Assembly (NCBI GenBank): GCA_030446555.1
Contig: JAUJNA010000004.1
Coordinates: 35,354 to 97,807, forward strand
Source of the DNA: Chloroflexota bacterium
GTDB taxonomy: Bacteria; Chloroflexota; Limnocylindria; Limnocylindrales; CSP1-4
Direction: 5' to 3'
Length of the DNA stretch: 62,454 bases
How positions within the stretch are numbered: position 1 is the first letter of the stretch; each line of letters starts with the position of its first letter. A model generated the notes under the pieces. That model saw nothing but the letters and a program-made list of their open reading frames with translations. It was not told the origin of the DNA and did not search any database. Positions 18,176 through 28,263 of this stretch are shown one piece after another. The position numbers were made by a program, and so were the translations under genes.

Positions 18176-19976
18176 GGTTCCTCGGCTGGTCCACGTCCGT
18201 GCCGCGCACCACGGCCATGTGGTAGGCGAAGAGCTGGAGCGGGATCACCGCCAGGACGGGGCTCAGGACCTCCAGCGTGTCGGGCACCCAGAGGATGTCG
18301 TCCGCGTGATCGCCCATCGCCTCGTCACCGACCGTGGCGACCGCCAGGACGCGCGCGTCGCGGGCGCGGCCCTCCATCACGTTGCTGATCAGCTTCTCCT
18401 GCAGCGACGAGCGGGTGGCGATGGCCACGAGCGGCACCTCGGCGTCGAGCAGGGAGATGGGCCCGTGCTTCAGCTCACCGGCGGCGTAGCCCTCGGCGTG
18501 GACGTAGCTGACCTCCTTGAGCTTCAGCGCACCCTCCAGAGCGACCGGGTAGGTGACGCCGCGGCCCACGAACATGAAGCCCCGCGAGTTGACGTACCGG
18601 CGGGCCAGCTCCCTGGCGGGCTCCGCCAGGGCGATCGTCTCGCGCGCCTTGTCGGGCAGCTCGCGCAGCGCTGTCACGATCTCGCGTTCCTGCTCGGGTG
18701 CCAGCCGGTCGCGGATCTTGGCCACGGCAGCGGCGAGCATGATGAGCGTCGTGACCTGGGTGGCGAACGTCTTCGTGGCCACCACGGCGATCTCGGGGCC
18801 TGCCTGGAGGAACAGGACGGCTGCCGCTTCGCGGGTGATCGCGGAGCCGACCGTGTTCGTGACCGCGATGACCGGGCACCCTCGCTCGCGCGCCAAGCGG
18901 GTGGCAGCAAGCGTGTCGGCCGTCTCGCCCGACTGCGTGACGGCGATGACCAGGGTCTTCTCGTCGAGTGGCGGCGGGCTGTAGCGGAACTCCGAGCCGA
19001 TGTTCCAGCGCGCGGGGAGGCCCGTCCATCCCTGGAAGACGTAGGCTGCCACGGCAGCCGCGTAGTTCGCGCTGCCGCAGGCGACGAACTCGACGCGCTC
19101 CGCCCGCTGGATGGCCTCGACCACAGGCTCCAGCTCGTCGAGCCTGATGGCACCGTCGTGCACGCGCCCGGCGATGGAGGCACGGATGGCCTCAGGCTGC
19201 TCGTGCATCTCCTTGAGCATGAAGTGCTCGAAGCCACCCTTCTCGGCCGCTTCGACCGACCAGTCCACCTCGTGCACCAGACGCTCGCGGGGGGAGCCAT
19301 CCACGCCGGTCACGGTCACGGTGTCCGCGTCGAGGTCGGCCACGTCGCCTTCCTCGAGGAAGATGACCCGGCGCGTGTGCGCCAGCACAGCCGACACGTC
19401 CGAGGCGAGGAAATTCTCGCCCTCGCCGATGCCGACGATGAGGGGAGTGTTGAGGCGTGCTCCCACGAGTCGGCCGGGCTCGGCCCTGTGCATGATCGCG
19501 ACGGCGTACGCACCCTGCGCCTGGCTGAGCGCGGCGCGCACCGCGTCCGCGATGTCACCCTCGTACGCCTCCTCGATGAGGTGCGCCAGTGCCTCCGTGT
19601 CGGTGTCGGACCCCAGCGCGTGGCCGCGCTCGCGGAGGCCGTCACGAAGCTCCTTGAAGTTCTCGATGATGCCGTTGTGGATGACCGTGATCTCACCGGT
19701 GCAGTCCACGTGCGGGTGCGCGTTGAGGTCGTTGGGCCGGCCATGGGTCGCCCAGCGCGTGTGCGCCAGGCCCACCGCGGCCGAGGGCGTGACGTCGAGC
19801 AACGCGGTCCGCAGGTTGGACAGCTTCCCGGCGCGCTTCTCCACGAAGAGGTCGCCAGCGGGAGTGACCAGCGCGATGCCCGCCGAGTCATAGCCGCGGT
19901 ACTCGAGACGAGCCAGGCCCTCGAGCAGGATGGGCGCGGCCTCACGGGGCCCGATGTAACCGACGATCCCGCACAT
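18150..19976 (-). CDS. glmS: glutamine--fructose-6-phosphate aminotransferase (isomerizing)
   Basis: Frame 18150..20006 trimmed to the ATG at 19976 so the protein starts MCGIVGYIG (Cys1 nucleophile). Two SIS domains and C-terminal LAKSVTVE. Confidence 0.93.
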   Translation of the reverse strand: MCGIVGYIGPREAAPILLEGLARLEYRGYDSAGIALVTPAGDLFVEKRAGKLSNLRTALLDVTPSAAVGLAHTRWATHGRPNDLNAHPHVDCTGEITVIHNGIIENFKELRDGLRERGHALGSDTDTEALAHLIEEAYEGDIADAVRAALSQAQGAYAVAIMHRAEPGRLVGARLNTPLIVGIGEGENFLASDVSAVLAHTRRVIFLEEGDVADLDADTVTVTGVDGSPRERLVHEVDWSVEAAEKGGFEHFMLKEMHEQPEAIRASIAGRVHDGAIRLDELEPVVEAIQRAERVEFVACGSANYAAAVAAYVFQGWTGLPARWNIGSEFRYSPPPLDEKTLVIAVTQSGETADTLAATRLARERGCPVIAVTNTVGSAITREAAAVLFLQAGPEIAVVATKTFATQVTTLIMLAAAVAKIRDRLAPEQEREIVTALRELPDKARETIALAEPARELARRYVNSRGFMFVGRGVTYPVALEGALKLKEVSYVHAEGYAAGELKHGPISLLDAEVPLVAIATRSSLQEKLISNVMEGRARDARVLAVATVGDEAMGDHADDILWVPDTLEVLSPVLAVIPLQLFAYHMAVVRGTDVDQPRNLAKSVTVE

Positions 19977-20024
19977 GGGCCGCTCGTTGCCTCCTATAGG
20001 GACCACGCCGCGTGGCGCGGCGGC

Positions 20025-21371
20025 CTAGTCTAGCCGCTCGCGGTCCAGCCTCTGGCTGGCGAGCTCGGAGAGAGCGTCCGCCAGCGCCACGATGCGCGTC
20101 GCGTCCTCGCCTTCGATCATGATCCGAAGCGCCGCCTCCGTGCCCGACGGCCGGACGACCACTCGCCCGCGACCAGCCAGCTCCGAGCGGGCGTCGCGGA
20201 CGGCGGCCGACAGTAGCCGGTCGGCCTCCCATCCCTCCTTGTGACGAACGGGGATGGTGCGTTGCTCCTGGGGGAACAGCGGCACGCGCGAACAGAGCTG
20301 CGAGAGCGGCTTGCCGGTGCGCGCGAGGATGGAGAGCACCTCGAGGGCGGTGACGATGCCGTCGCCGCTTGCGGTGTGTTCCATGACGATGATGTGGCCG
20401 CTCTTCTCGCCGCCCAGCCCGGCCCCGGAGACCGTCATGGCGTCGGAGATGTGCTTGTCACCGACCGGGGTCCGTACGACACGCCCGCCGGCGGCCTCGA
20501 TGGCCGCCACGAGCCCGCCGTTCGAGAGGACGCTCACCACGACGGTCGCCTCGGCCAGCGCGCCGCGCTCGATCCGATCGAGGGCGATGAGACCGATGAG
20601 CTGGTCGCCGTCGACGATCCCGCCGGACTCATCGATGGCCACGCAGCGGTCGGCGTCCCCGTCAAGGCAGAAGCCGACGTCCGCCGGCCCGCCGGCCACG
20701 ATGGCCGCCAGTGCCTGGGGAGCCGTGGCCCCGCAGCCCAGGTTGATGTTCGTGCCGTCGGGCGCGTCGAAATGGACATCGACCGATGCCGAAGCGACCT
20801 GGATGATCGGCGGCGCGACCGCGCCTCCGGAACCGTTGGCGCAGTCCAGTGCCACCCGCAGCGAGCTGGGGGCGCGCCTGGCGAGCCCGAGCCGGTCCTC
20901 CAGGTAGCGATCGAGCAGTCCGTGGGCATCCACCTCGCGGCCGACACCGCTGTTGCCCGGGCTGGCCAGCTCCTCCGAACGCCAGATGAGCGCCTCCAGC
21001 TCGTCCTCCAGCCGATCGTCCAGCTTGCGGCCCCTGGCATCGAGCACCTTCAGGCCGTTGTCGTCGGCGGGGTTGTGAGAGGCGGAGACCATCACGCCCG
21101 CCCCGAACGGCCCGTGACCGGCCACGAACGCGAGGGCGGGCGTGGGACAGATGCCCAGCCGATGGACGTCCGCTCCGACCGACGTGCCACCCGCGACCAG
21201 GGCGGCTACCAGCATGTCCCCCGAACGGCGCGTGTCCTGCCCCACGATGAGCGGCTGTGACCCTCCCAGGAGCTCGGCCGCCGTGGCACGACCCAGCGCG
21301 TAGGCCAGCGGGGGTCGCAGGTCCACGTTGGCGGTCCCGCGGATGCCGTCGGTGCCGAAGAGTCGGGGCAT
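20025..21371 (-). CDS. glmM: phosphoglucosamine mutase
   Basis: 448 aa. LFGTDGIRG and phosphoserine loop SASHNPADDNGLK. Confidence 0.93.
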   Translation of the reverse strand: MPRLFGTDGIRGTANVDLRPPLAYALGRATAAELLGGSQPLIVGQDTRRSGDMLVAALVAGGTSVGADVHRLGICPTPALAFVAGHGPFGAGVMVSASHNPADDNGLKVLDARGRKLDDRLEDELEALIWRSEELASPGNSGVGREVDAHGLLDRYLEDRLGLARRAPSSLRVALDCANGSGGAVAPPIIQVASASVDVHFDAPDGTNINLGCGATAPQALAAIVAGGPADVGFCLDGDADRCVAIDESGGIVDGDQLIGLIALDRIERGALAEATVVVSVLSNGGLVAAIEAAGGRVVRTPVGDKHISDAMTVSGAGLGGEKSGHIIVMEHTASGDGIVTALEVLSILARTGKPLSQLCSRVPLFPQEQRTIPVRHKEGWEADRLLSAAVRDARSELAGRGRVVVRPSGTEAALRIMIEGEDATRIVALADALSELASQRLDRERLD

Positions 21372-22633
21372 CAGGGCGAGGGCGAGGGGCTATCCGTCGG
21401 CAGTGGCAGTGACGGCTCCTGGGGCAGCGCCACGATGTCGACGATGATCGTCTCCGGCGCGACGGCCCCCACCTCGACGCCGGCGGGCGCGTCCACGCGC
21501 ACGGCGAGCTCGCGACGCCCGGGTCCCAGGCCCGTCACGTCGACGAGTGCTCCGACCTCGCTCGCATCGATCGCATCGAGCACCGGAACGGTGCCCGCGA
21601 GCTTCACCAGCACCGATGGCGTCGACAGCGCGTAGGTCAGGTCGGGACGCGCCCCGACGAGCGTCAGTCCCGTCTCGTAGGTGCGCGAACCGGGTGCCGG
21701 CACGATCTCGAGCGTGATCTTCACCGACTCCGACCCGTTCACCGTCACCTCCGGGGGAGGCGCGAGCTCGACCGCGAGCTCGATGGTGCCGGTGCGTCCG
21801 CCGAGCTCGATCGGTGCCGTGGGGACGGACGAGAGTTGCTCCACCGCGGGCGCTTCGCCGCTCACCACTACGGTCAGCGGCTCCACGGTCACGTGTCCCA
21901 GCTGGTAGCCCTGGTCGATCTCGCCGGACAGCTGCGGTGCGACGGGCAGGGTGGCCGTCGAGATCTGCCGCGCGACCTCGATCCGGACGCGGACCCGCGG
22001 TGGCGTGACGTCGACGCCGGTCACCAGCGTGCCCGCTCCGTCCAGCGGCACCACATCCACTTCCTGGTCGACGTTGAGGGCGCTGGCGTCGACGGCCACT
22101 CGCGCCGTAGCGGTGGTCACGCTCGCGATGCGCGTGCTGGCACCCCGGAGGGCCACGGTCGGTGGATCGGCCTGGGCCGGTCCCACGTCGAGTCCCTCGG
22201 GGATCTGCCCACTGTCGACCCTGACCGTCAGCTCGCGCGTGACCACGGGATCGACCTGCACGTCGACGGTCTTGGGCCCGTAGTCCGTGATCTGCACCCC
22301 GTCGTCGACCGATTCCAGCTGCACCGGCACCGAGACCGGCTCGCCGCCCACCTCGGGTCGGACCCCCGAGAGGTCGACGAAGGCGCGGAACGATCCGCTC
22401 GTGAGCCGGCTGGCCACGTCGATCGGGGCGCGGTACTCGATGCGGGTGACGGGCCGCAGAGCGGTGAGCACGGCCGCATCGCGGGGCGGATTGATGATCT
22501 CGATGGGTACCTGGGGCGACCATGTCCGGGTCGTCTCGGACAGGACCACGCCCCCATAGAGGACGGTCGCGAGCACCGCCGCCCCCAGCTTCAGCGGCCA
22601 GTTGCGCAGGAGGAAGTCCGCGACGTTCCTCAC
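21371..22633 (-). CDS. cdaR: CdaA regulatory protein CdaR (YbbR-domain repeats, N-terminal TM anchor)
   Basis: 420 aa. N-terminus LRNWPLKLGAAVLATVLYGGVV followed by repeated beta-rich YbbR-like modules. Sits between cdaA and glmM as in Firmicutes. Confidence 0.75.
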   Translation of the reverse strand: MRNVADFLLRNWPLKLGAAVLATVLYGGVVLSETTRTWSPQVPIEIINPPRDAAVLTALRPVTRIEYRAPIDVASRLTSGSFRAFVDLSGVRPEVGGEPVSVPVQLESVDDGVQITDYGPKTVDVQVDPVVTRELTVRVDSGQIPEGLDVGPAQADPPTVALRGASTRIASVTTATARVAVDASALNVDQEVDVVPLDGAGTLVTGVDVTPPRVRVRIEVARQISTATLPVAPQLSGEIDQGYQLGHVTVEPLTVVVSGEAPAVEQLSSVPTAPIELGGRTGTIELAVELAPPPEVTVNGSESVKITLEIVPAPGSRTYETGLTLVGARPDLTYALSTPSVLVKLAGTVPVLDAIDASEVGALVDVTGLGPGRRELAVRVDAPAGVEVGAVAPETIIVDIVALPQEPSLPLPTDSPSPSP

Positions 22634-23628
22634 TCGGCCCGACCCTGCGGGCCGCTCACCACCGATTTGGCGGCAGCGGACCTCGAAGCGCTCGCACCAC
22701 CCGACCCGCCAGCCGCCGTCGGCCCCTCCCGGCCAGCGCGGGCCACCGTCGCCCGGCGCGAGCGCGCGCGACGCAGGCGGGATCCCCGGTCCCAGGACGT
22801 CCGGCCGGCCGCGGCGAGGCTGATGGCAGCCCGGCCGGCGGTGTCGACCGGGCGCAACAGCGCCTCGAGGGCAGCGCGGAGGCGCTCCTCATCGAGGTCA
22901 CGCAGGATGCGTCCCCGTTCCACCAGGCTGACGGCGCCCGACTCCTCGCTCACCACGATCGCCACCGCGTCCGTCTGCTCGGTGATCCCGAGAGCCGCGC
23001 GGTGGCGGGTGCCGAAGCGCTCCCGGTGCACGGACGTCTCCGACAACGGCAGCACCACCCCGGCGGCGATGACGCGGTCGCCGCGCACGATGACGGCGCC
23101 ATCGTGCAGCGCGGCATGGGGCGTGAAGATCGAATGGAGCAGTTCCGCCGAGAGGTCGGCATGAAGCATCACGCCGGTCTCCGCGGCGTCCTGTAGCCCG
23201 GTCTCACGCTCGACCACGATGAGCGCACCGATGCGCTCCGGCGAGAGGGCGGTCGCCGTCTGTGCCAGGATCGTTGCCACGCGCTGTGCGTCGCGCTGGC
23301 TGGCCGGCGCATAGAGCCAGGAGAGCGATCCCACGCGCCCGATCCGCTCCAGCGCCCGGCGCAGCTCGGGCTGGAAGATGACGACGAGCGCCAGGAGCCC
23401 GACCACCGCTCCCGTCTGGAGGATCCCCGAGAGGAGTCGCAGATCGAGCGCCTGCGCGAAGACGTAGACGACGTAGAGCAGGATGGCCCCGACGACCAGC
23501 CGGACCGCGCGCGTGCCCTGGATGAGGCTGAAGAGCCCATAGATGAGGAGGGAGGTCAGGGCGATGTCGAGGAGCGCGATGGGCCAGTCGACAGAGCCCC
23601 CGACCAGGCCGCGCAGCTGGTCGATCAC
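22630..23628 (-). CDS. cdaA: diadenylate cyclase CdaA (3 TM helices + DAC domain) with Arg/Ala-rich C-terminal tail
   Basis: 332 aa. DAC motifs HDGAVIVRGDRVIAAG and GTRHRAALGITEQTDAVAIVVSEESGAVSLV. Confidence 0.88.
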   Translation of the reverse strand: MIDQLRGLVGGSVDWPIALLDIALTSLLIYGLFSLIQGTRAVRLVVGAILLYVVYVFAQALDLRLLSGILQTGAVVGLLALVVIFQPELRRALERIGRVGSLSWLYAPASQRDAQRVATILAQTATALSPERIGALIVVERETGLQDAAETGVMLHADLSAELLHSIFTPHAALHDGAVIVRGDRVIAAGVVLPLSETSVHRERFGTRHRAALGITEQTDAVAIVVSEESGAVSLVERGRILRDLDEERLRAALEALLRPVDTAGRAAISLAAAGRTSWDRGSRLRRARSRRATVARAGREGPTAAGGSGGASASRSAAAKSVVSGPQGRAE

Positions 23629-23679
23629 GGGCCGATCGTAGCACGCGAGCCGCTGCGCACCCGGCGGTCCGGCGCGCGC

Positions 23680-24486
23680 TCAGAAGGTCGCGCTAGGGGC
23701 CATCTCGGCGCTCGTGTGCGGCTCGCAGAGAGCGGCCAGACGCGGGTCCAGGTGGCGATACTCGGCACCCACCGCCTGCAGCGACCGCCGCGCATCCTCG
23801 TCCTGGTCCAGGGTCAGCAGTCGGTCCAGGAGGGCGACTCGCTCCACGGCGCGATCGGTCCAGCCACGACCCATGTAGCAGCGGACCATCTGCAGGTGGA
23901 TGGCGACGGAGCCCGGCGCCACGGCCAATCCCCGCTGGCACGCATCGAGTGCAGCGTCGCGCTCGCCACGCGCCGCATAGCCGACCGAGGCTTCGACCAG
24001 CAGCCGTGCCGCCTCCGCGGCATCGTCCCGGTCGATGGCCGCCTCGGACTCAGCGAGGCGCAGCTCCGGACCCTGGGCACCGGTCGCCGAGAGGTCGGCG
24101 GTCAGCGTCTGATCGAGAGCAGGCTCGACCTCCGACGGATGCGCCTCCGGCATGGCAGCGGGGGTGCCACACCGACCCGCCTCGTCCCTGGCCGCCTGCG
24201 CCTCGGGCTCTCGGCCCAGGGCTGTCAGGGCCCGTGCGCGGCCCTCGTGGGCTCGAGCGTCCGCCGGAGCCCGGCCCACGGCGCGATCGTATGCCGCGAG
24301 CGCTTCCTCGGCGCGGCCCATGTCCAGCAGCACCGAGCCGAGGCTCAGATGCGGCGGGAGGCGATGGTCCACCAGGGCGACAGCCTCCTGGTAGTGGCCC
24401 ACGGCGTCGCCGCCGCGTCCCTCGAGGACCGCCACATGGCCCTGCTTGAGGGACTTCTTGTACCGCTCCACGACCCGGTCGACCAC
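23680..24486 (-). CDS. TPR-repeat protein
   Basis: 268 aa. Repeated A/L/Y/G-patterned helical pairs (GHYQEAVAL..., AEEALAAYDRAV..., RDAALDACQRGLAV...). Function unknown. Confidence 0.55.
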   Translation of the reverse strand: MVDRVVERYKKSLKQGHVAVLEGRGGDAVGHYQEAVALVDHRLPPHLSLGSVLLDMGRAEEALAAYDRAVGRAPADARAHEGRARALTALGREPEAQAARDEAGRCGTPAAMPEAHPSEVEPALDQTLTADLSATGAQGPELRLAESEAAIDRDDAAEAARLLVEASVGYAARGERDAALDACQRGLAVAPGSVAIHLQMVRCYMGRGWTDRAVERVALLDRLLTLDQDEDARRSLQAVGAEYRHLDPRLAALCEPHTSAEMAPSATF

Positions 24487-24580
24487 GCCGCCACTCTAGT
24501 CCGGGGGCCAGCGGCCGGCAGTGACCCGAAGGTACGGACCCCCGCGGCCGGCGGGAGCTTGGCGCCGTACGACGCGTGGC

Positions 24581-24979
24581 CTAGCGCTTGGTGTACTGCG
24601 GCGCCTTGCGAGCTCGCTTCAGCCCGTACTTCTTGCGCTCCTTCATGCGCGGGTCGCGCGTCAGCAGGCCGGCGTGCCGCAATGGGACGCGTGCGGCGTC
24701 CGGATCGGACTGGAGCAGTGCCCGGGCCAGCCCGTGACGGATCGCTCCGGCCTGGCCCTGGTATCCGCCACCCTCCACCTTGACCAGGGCGTTGTAGCGA
24801 CCCTCGGTCCCGGTGACGCGGAACGGCATCATGATCTCGCCCAGATCGGCGGCATTCCCGAAGTGCTCCTCGAGACTCCGGCCGTTCACCACGATCTCAC
24901 CCTCGCCGGTGATGAGCCGGACCCGCGCGACGCTGGTCTTGCGCCGGCCGGTGCCATAGAAGAAGGCGCTCGATGTCAT
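24581..24979 (-). CDS. rpsI: 30S ribosomal protein S9
   Basis: 132 aa. [15 protein letters not shown] and C-terminal [17 protein letters not shown]. Confidence 0.95.
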   Translation of the reverse strand: MTSSAFFYGTGRRKTSVARVRLITGEGEIVVNGRSLEEHFGNAADLGEIMMPFRVTGTEGRYNALVKVEGGGYQGQAGAIRHGLARALLQSDPDAARVPLRHAGLLTRDPRMKERKKYGLKRARKAPQYTKR

Positions 24980-25428
24980 CGCATGGTCGCTCCCGGTGTC
25001 GGCAGCGGCTCGGGCCGCTGTGCTTCGTGCGGGTGATCCGAACCCGCGTAGACCTTGAGCTTGCGGAGCTGCTGGGCACCCAGGCGGGTGCGGGGCAGCA
25101 TACCCTTCACGGCTCGGCGGACCACCTCTTCCGGGCGCCGCACGAGGAGATCGCCCAGGGTCTCCTCACGGAAGCCGCCGGGGTAGCCACTGTGGCGCGC
25201 GTAGACCTTGGTCTCGCGCTTGTCGCGGGTGACGCTCACCCGTGAGGCGTTCAGGACGATGACGTGGTCGCCGGTATCCATGTGGGTGGCGTAGCCGGGC
25301 TTGTGCTTCCCCGCGAGCACCCGCGCGATGCGCGACGCCAGCCGACCCAGGGTCTGGCCGTCGGCATCCACGACGAACCACCGATGCTCGATCTCGGTGA
25401 TGCTGGGGCTATAGGTCTTGGTCGTCAT
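24976..25428 (-). CDS. rplM: 50S ribosomal protein L13
   Basis: 150 aa. [28 protein letters not shown]. Confidence 0.95.
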   Translation of the reverse strand: MTTKTYSPSITEIEHRWFVVDADGQTLGRLASRIARVLAGKHKPGYATHMDTGDHVIVLNASRVSVTRDKRETKVYARHSGYPGGFREETLGDLLVRRPEEVVRRAVKGMLPRTRLGAQQLRKLKVYAGSDHPHEAQRPEPLPTPGATMR

Positions 25429-26239
25429 CGTCGTCCGATCCCTGTCTCGTCCCTTCGCCGCTCTCGGTCGCGAACGATACCCGCCGCAGGCAGAGCCCGT
25501 GCGGAGGGGCGATCGCTCCGGAGAAGGCCCGTCGCGGTGAGCGCATGGCGATCACCAGGTCTTCCATGGTCGCTTCGCCGCGCCCGATACGCAGCAGAGC
25601 AGCCACGATGCTCCGTACCATCTGGCGCAGGAACGCATCTCCGAGCACGTCGATGGTGACCGTGCGACCGTTCCTGCGGACCCGCACCCCGCGAAGGCTG
25701 CGGATCGGTTGTCGATGTGTCGCCCCGAAGGCGCTGAAGTCATGCCGTCCGACCAGTAGCCGGCCTGCTGACGCCATCGCCTCCGTGTCGAGCCGATCCC
25801 GGATCCCCAGCGCGTATCGCTCGCGAAGGGGGCTCCGCGGCCCCGTCCATATCGTGTAGCGGTACTCTCGCCACCGCGCTGCCGAACGAGGGCGGAAGTC
25901 CGGAGCCACGCGCTCCAATGTCCCGAGTGCGATATCCCGAGGCAGCAGTGCGTCGAGAGCGCGCGACAGTCCCTCGCGGCCCAGGCGTCCGACGTAGGTG
26001 AAGGCGATCACCTGACCGGTGGCGTGGACCCCGGCATCGGTCCGGCCCGCCCCCAGGATCCTGACGGGGGCGCCACCCGTGATGCGGGCGAGCGTCGCTT
26101 CCAGTTCTCCCTGGACGGTCCGGCCGGCCGGCTGGACCTGGAACCCACCGAAGTCGGTCCCGTCGTATTCGACCCGCGCCCGGTAGCGCACGGGCCCACC
26201 CTCTCGGGCGGGTGATGGGGCCGTCCGGCGACGGGGCAT
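25409..26239 (-). CDS. truA: tRNA pseudouridine(38-40) synthase
   Basis: Frame 25409..26668 trimmed to ATG 26239 (276 aa). YRARVEYDGTDFGGFQVQP and catalytic GAGRTDAGVHATGQV. Confidence 0.88.
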   Translation of the reverse strand: MPRRRTAPSPAREGGPVRYRARVEYDGTDFGGFQVQPAGRTVQGELEATLARITGGAPVRILGAGRTDAGVHATGQVIAFTYVGRLGREGLSRALDALLPRDIALGTLERVAPDFRPRSAARWREYRYTIWTGPRSPLRERYALGIRDRLDTEAMASAGRLLVGRHDFSAFGATHRQPIRSLRGVRVRRNGRTVTIDVLGDAFLRQMVRSIVAALLRIGRGEATMEDLVIAMRSPRRAFSGAIAPPHGLCLRRVSFATESGEGTRQGSDDDDDQDL

Positions 26240-26264
26240 CTCCCCGTGGGCCGGCGGTTCGAGC

Positions 26265-26618
26265 TCAGACGAGCTCGAGCTGCACCATCGGTGCTGCGTC
26301 ACCGGCACGCTGACCGATCCGGACGAGACGGGTGTACCCCGACGTCCGGTCGCCGTACTTCGGCGCGATCTCGGCGATGAGCTTGTCGACGACGAGAGGC
26401 TCATCGGGAAGCTCCGCGATGATGCGTCGCCGCGACGTGAGCGAGCCCTCCTTGGCGAGCGTGATGATGCGCTCCACCTGCCCGCGGACCTCCTTGGCTT
26501 TCGCCTCCGTGGTCCGGATCTGCTCGTACCGCAGGACCGAGACGACGAGGTTGCGGTAGAGCGCTCGGCGGGGGGCGGTCTTGCGGCCGAGCTTGCGGCC
26601 GTCCACGCGGTGCGACAT
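26265..26618 (-). CDS. rplQ: 50S ribosomal protein L17
   Basis: 117 aa. HRVDGRKLGRKTAPRRALYRNL...TTEAKAKEVR. Confidence 0.95.
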   Translation of the reverse strand: MSHRVDGRKLGRKTAPRRALYRNLVVSVLRYEQIRTTEAKAKEVRGQVERIITLAKEGSLTSRRRIIAELPDEPLVVDKLIAEIAPKYGDRTSGYTRLVRIGQRAGDAAPMVQLELV

Positions 26619-27620
26619 TCAGGACTCCTCGTCCTCGTCCTCGTCTTCCGCTCCCTCGGGGAAGGCACCGTCCTCGTAGGAGGCCCCCTCCTCCTCGGGC
26701 GGCAGGAAGCCGCGCATCCGCAGACGCTCCTTCATCTCGTCGAGCGATTTCTTGCCGAAGTTGCGCATGCGCAGCAGGTCGTCGTCCTGGAGCTGCAGCA
26801 GTTGCGCCACCTTGACGATGTTGTTGCGCTTGAGCGAGTTGTACGCCCGCATCGGCAGGTCCAGCTCCTCGATGGGCATATCGAGGAGGTTGGCGGGCAG
26901 GTTGGGAGATCCGCCCATCGAGCGGTCGAGCCCGGCCAGGGCCTTGCCCGTCGAGGTGAAGAGACTGAACTGCGCGACGAGGATCTCCGAGGCGCGCGAG
27001 AGGGCCTCATCGGGGGCCAGCGTGCCGTCCGTCTCGATCTCGATGATCAGCTTGTCGTAGTTGGTCATCTGCCCCACGCGCGTGTTCTCGACGTGGTAGT
27101 TGACCTTCCGAGCGGGCGTGAAGATGGCGTCGACCGGGATGACCCCGATGGGCAGCTGCTCCGAGCGTTCGGCGGCAAGGTAGCCCACGCCGCGTTCCAC
27201 CGTCAGGTCCATCTCCACGGTCACGTCGTCCGAGTCGAGCGTCATCAGGTGCTGCTCGGGATTGACGATCTCGACGTCGGCCGTCTCCACGATGTCGGCC
27301 GCGGTCACGGCTCCCGCCCCCGACTTCACGAGCTTGAGCTGGACCGGGTGCGTCGACTCGCTCTTGAGTCGCAGCTTCTTGATGTTGAGGACCAGCTGCG
27401 TCACGTCCTCCTTGACGCCCGGCAGGCTGCTGAACTCGTGGTATACGTCGCGCACCTGGATGGACGTGACAGCCGCGCCCTCCAGCGACGAGAGCAGCAC
27501 GCGCCGGAGCGCGTTGCCAAGGGTGGTCCCATAACCCGCGGGGAGCGGGCTGGCCTCGTACTTGCCGTAGGTCTCGAGCTCCTCGACGGGCTCGATCTGG
27601 GCATTCTCCAATTCGATCAT
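26619..27620 (-). CDS. rpoA: DNA-directed RNA polymerase subunit alpha
   Basis: 333 aa. GTTLGNALRRVLLSSLEGAAVT and C-terminal domain ELDLPMRAYNSLKRNNI. Confidence 0.95.
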   Translation of the reverse strand: MIELENAQIEPVEELETYGKYEASPLPAGYGTTLGNALRRVLLSSLEGAAVTSIQVRDVYHEFSSLPGVKEDVTQLVLNIKKLRLKSESTHPVQLKLVKSGAGAVTAADIVETADVEIVNPEQHLMTLDSDDVTVEMDLTVERGVGYLAAERSEQLPIGVIPVDAIFTPARKVNYHVENTRVGQMTNYDKLIIEIETDGTLAPDEALSRASEILVAQFSLFTSTGKALAGLDRSMGGSPNLPANLLDMPIEELDLPMRAYNSLKRNNIVKVAQLLQLQDDDLLRMRNFGKKSLDEMKERLRMRGFLPPEEEGASYEDGAFPEGAEDEDEDEES

Positions 27621-27630
27621 CAGGCGGGCC

Positions 27631-28257
27631 TTACCTCGAGTAGTACTCGACCACCAGCTGCTCGTTGAGCTCGGCCGGCATCTGGTCGCGGGCGGGGAGG
27701 GACGTGATGCTGCCGCTCAGCTTGTCCGGATCGACGATGAGCCAGTCCGGGCGCTGAGCGCCACGCAGGGACTCCTTGATCTGCTTGAAGTACTCCGTCT
27801 TCCGGCTCGCGTCGCGGACCTCGATGCGGTCATCGACACGTAGCCGGTACGACGGGATGTCGGTGGCGCGCCCATTGACCGCGAAGTGGCCGTGGGCGAC
27901 CAGCTGGCGCGCTTGGGCGCGGCTGCTCGCGAAACCCATGCGGAAGACGGCGTTGTCGAGCCGCGTCTCGAGCAGACGCAGCAGGTTCTCGCCGGTGACG
28001 CCGGGGCGCGACTCCGCGGTGTCGAAGTAGTGCCTGAACTGGCGCTCCAGCACGCCATACACGCGGCGCACCTTCTGCTTCTCACGCAGCTGGATGCCGA
28101 ACTCCGACATCTTGCGTCGCCTGACGGCGTGCTGACCGGGCGGCGATGGGCGGCGCTCGAAGGGACACTTCTTGGTGTAGCACTTGGCGCCCTTCAGATA
28201 GAGCTTCATGCCCTCGCGACGACAGAGGCGCGAGACGGGACCGTGGTACCGAGCCAT
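27631..28257 (-). CDS. rpsD: 30S ribosomal protein S4
   Basis: 208 aa. [22 protein letters not shown]..., S4 RNA-binding domain. Confidence 0.95.
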   Translation of the reverse strand: MARYHGPVSRLCRREGMKLYLKGAKCYTKKCPFERRPSPPGQHAVRRRKMSEFGIQLREKQKVRRVYGVLERQFRHYFDTAESRPGVTGENLLRLLETRLDNAVFRMGFASSRAQARQLVAHGHFAVNGRATDIPSYRLRVDDRIEVRDASRKTEYFKQIKESLRGAQRPDWLIVDPDKLSGSITSLPARDQMPAELNEQLVVEYYSR

Positions 28258-28263
28258 CAGGGG

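Noticed and set aside
19977-20024. A glmS ribozyme upstream of glmS.
   Set aside because: Only 48 nt separate glmM and glmS, which is far shorter than the ribozyme, and I saw no ribozyme-like core in the glmM 3' end by eye.
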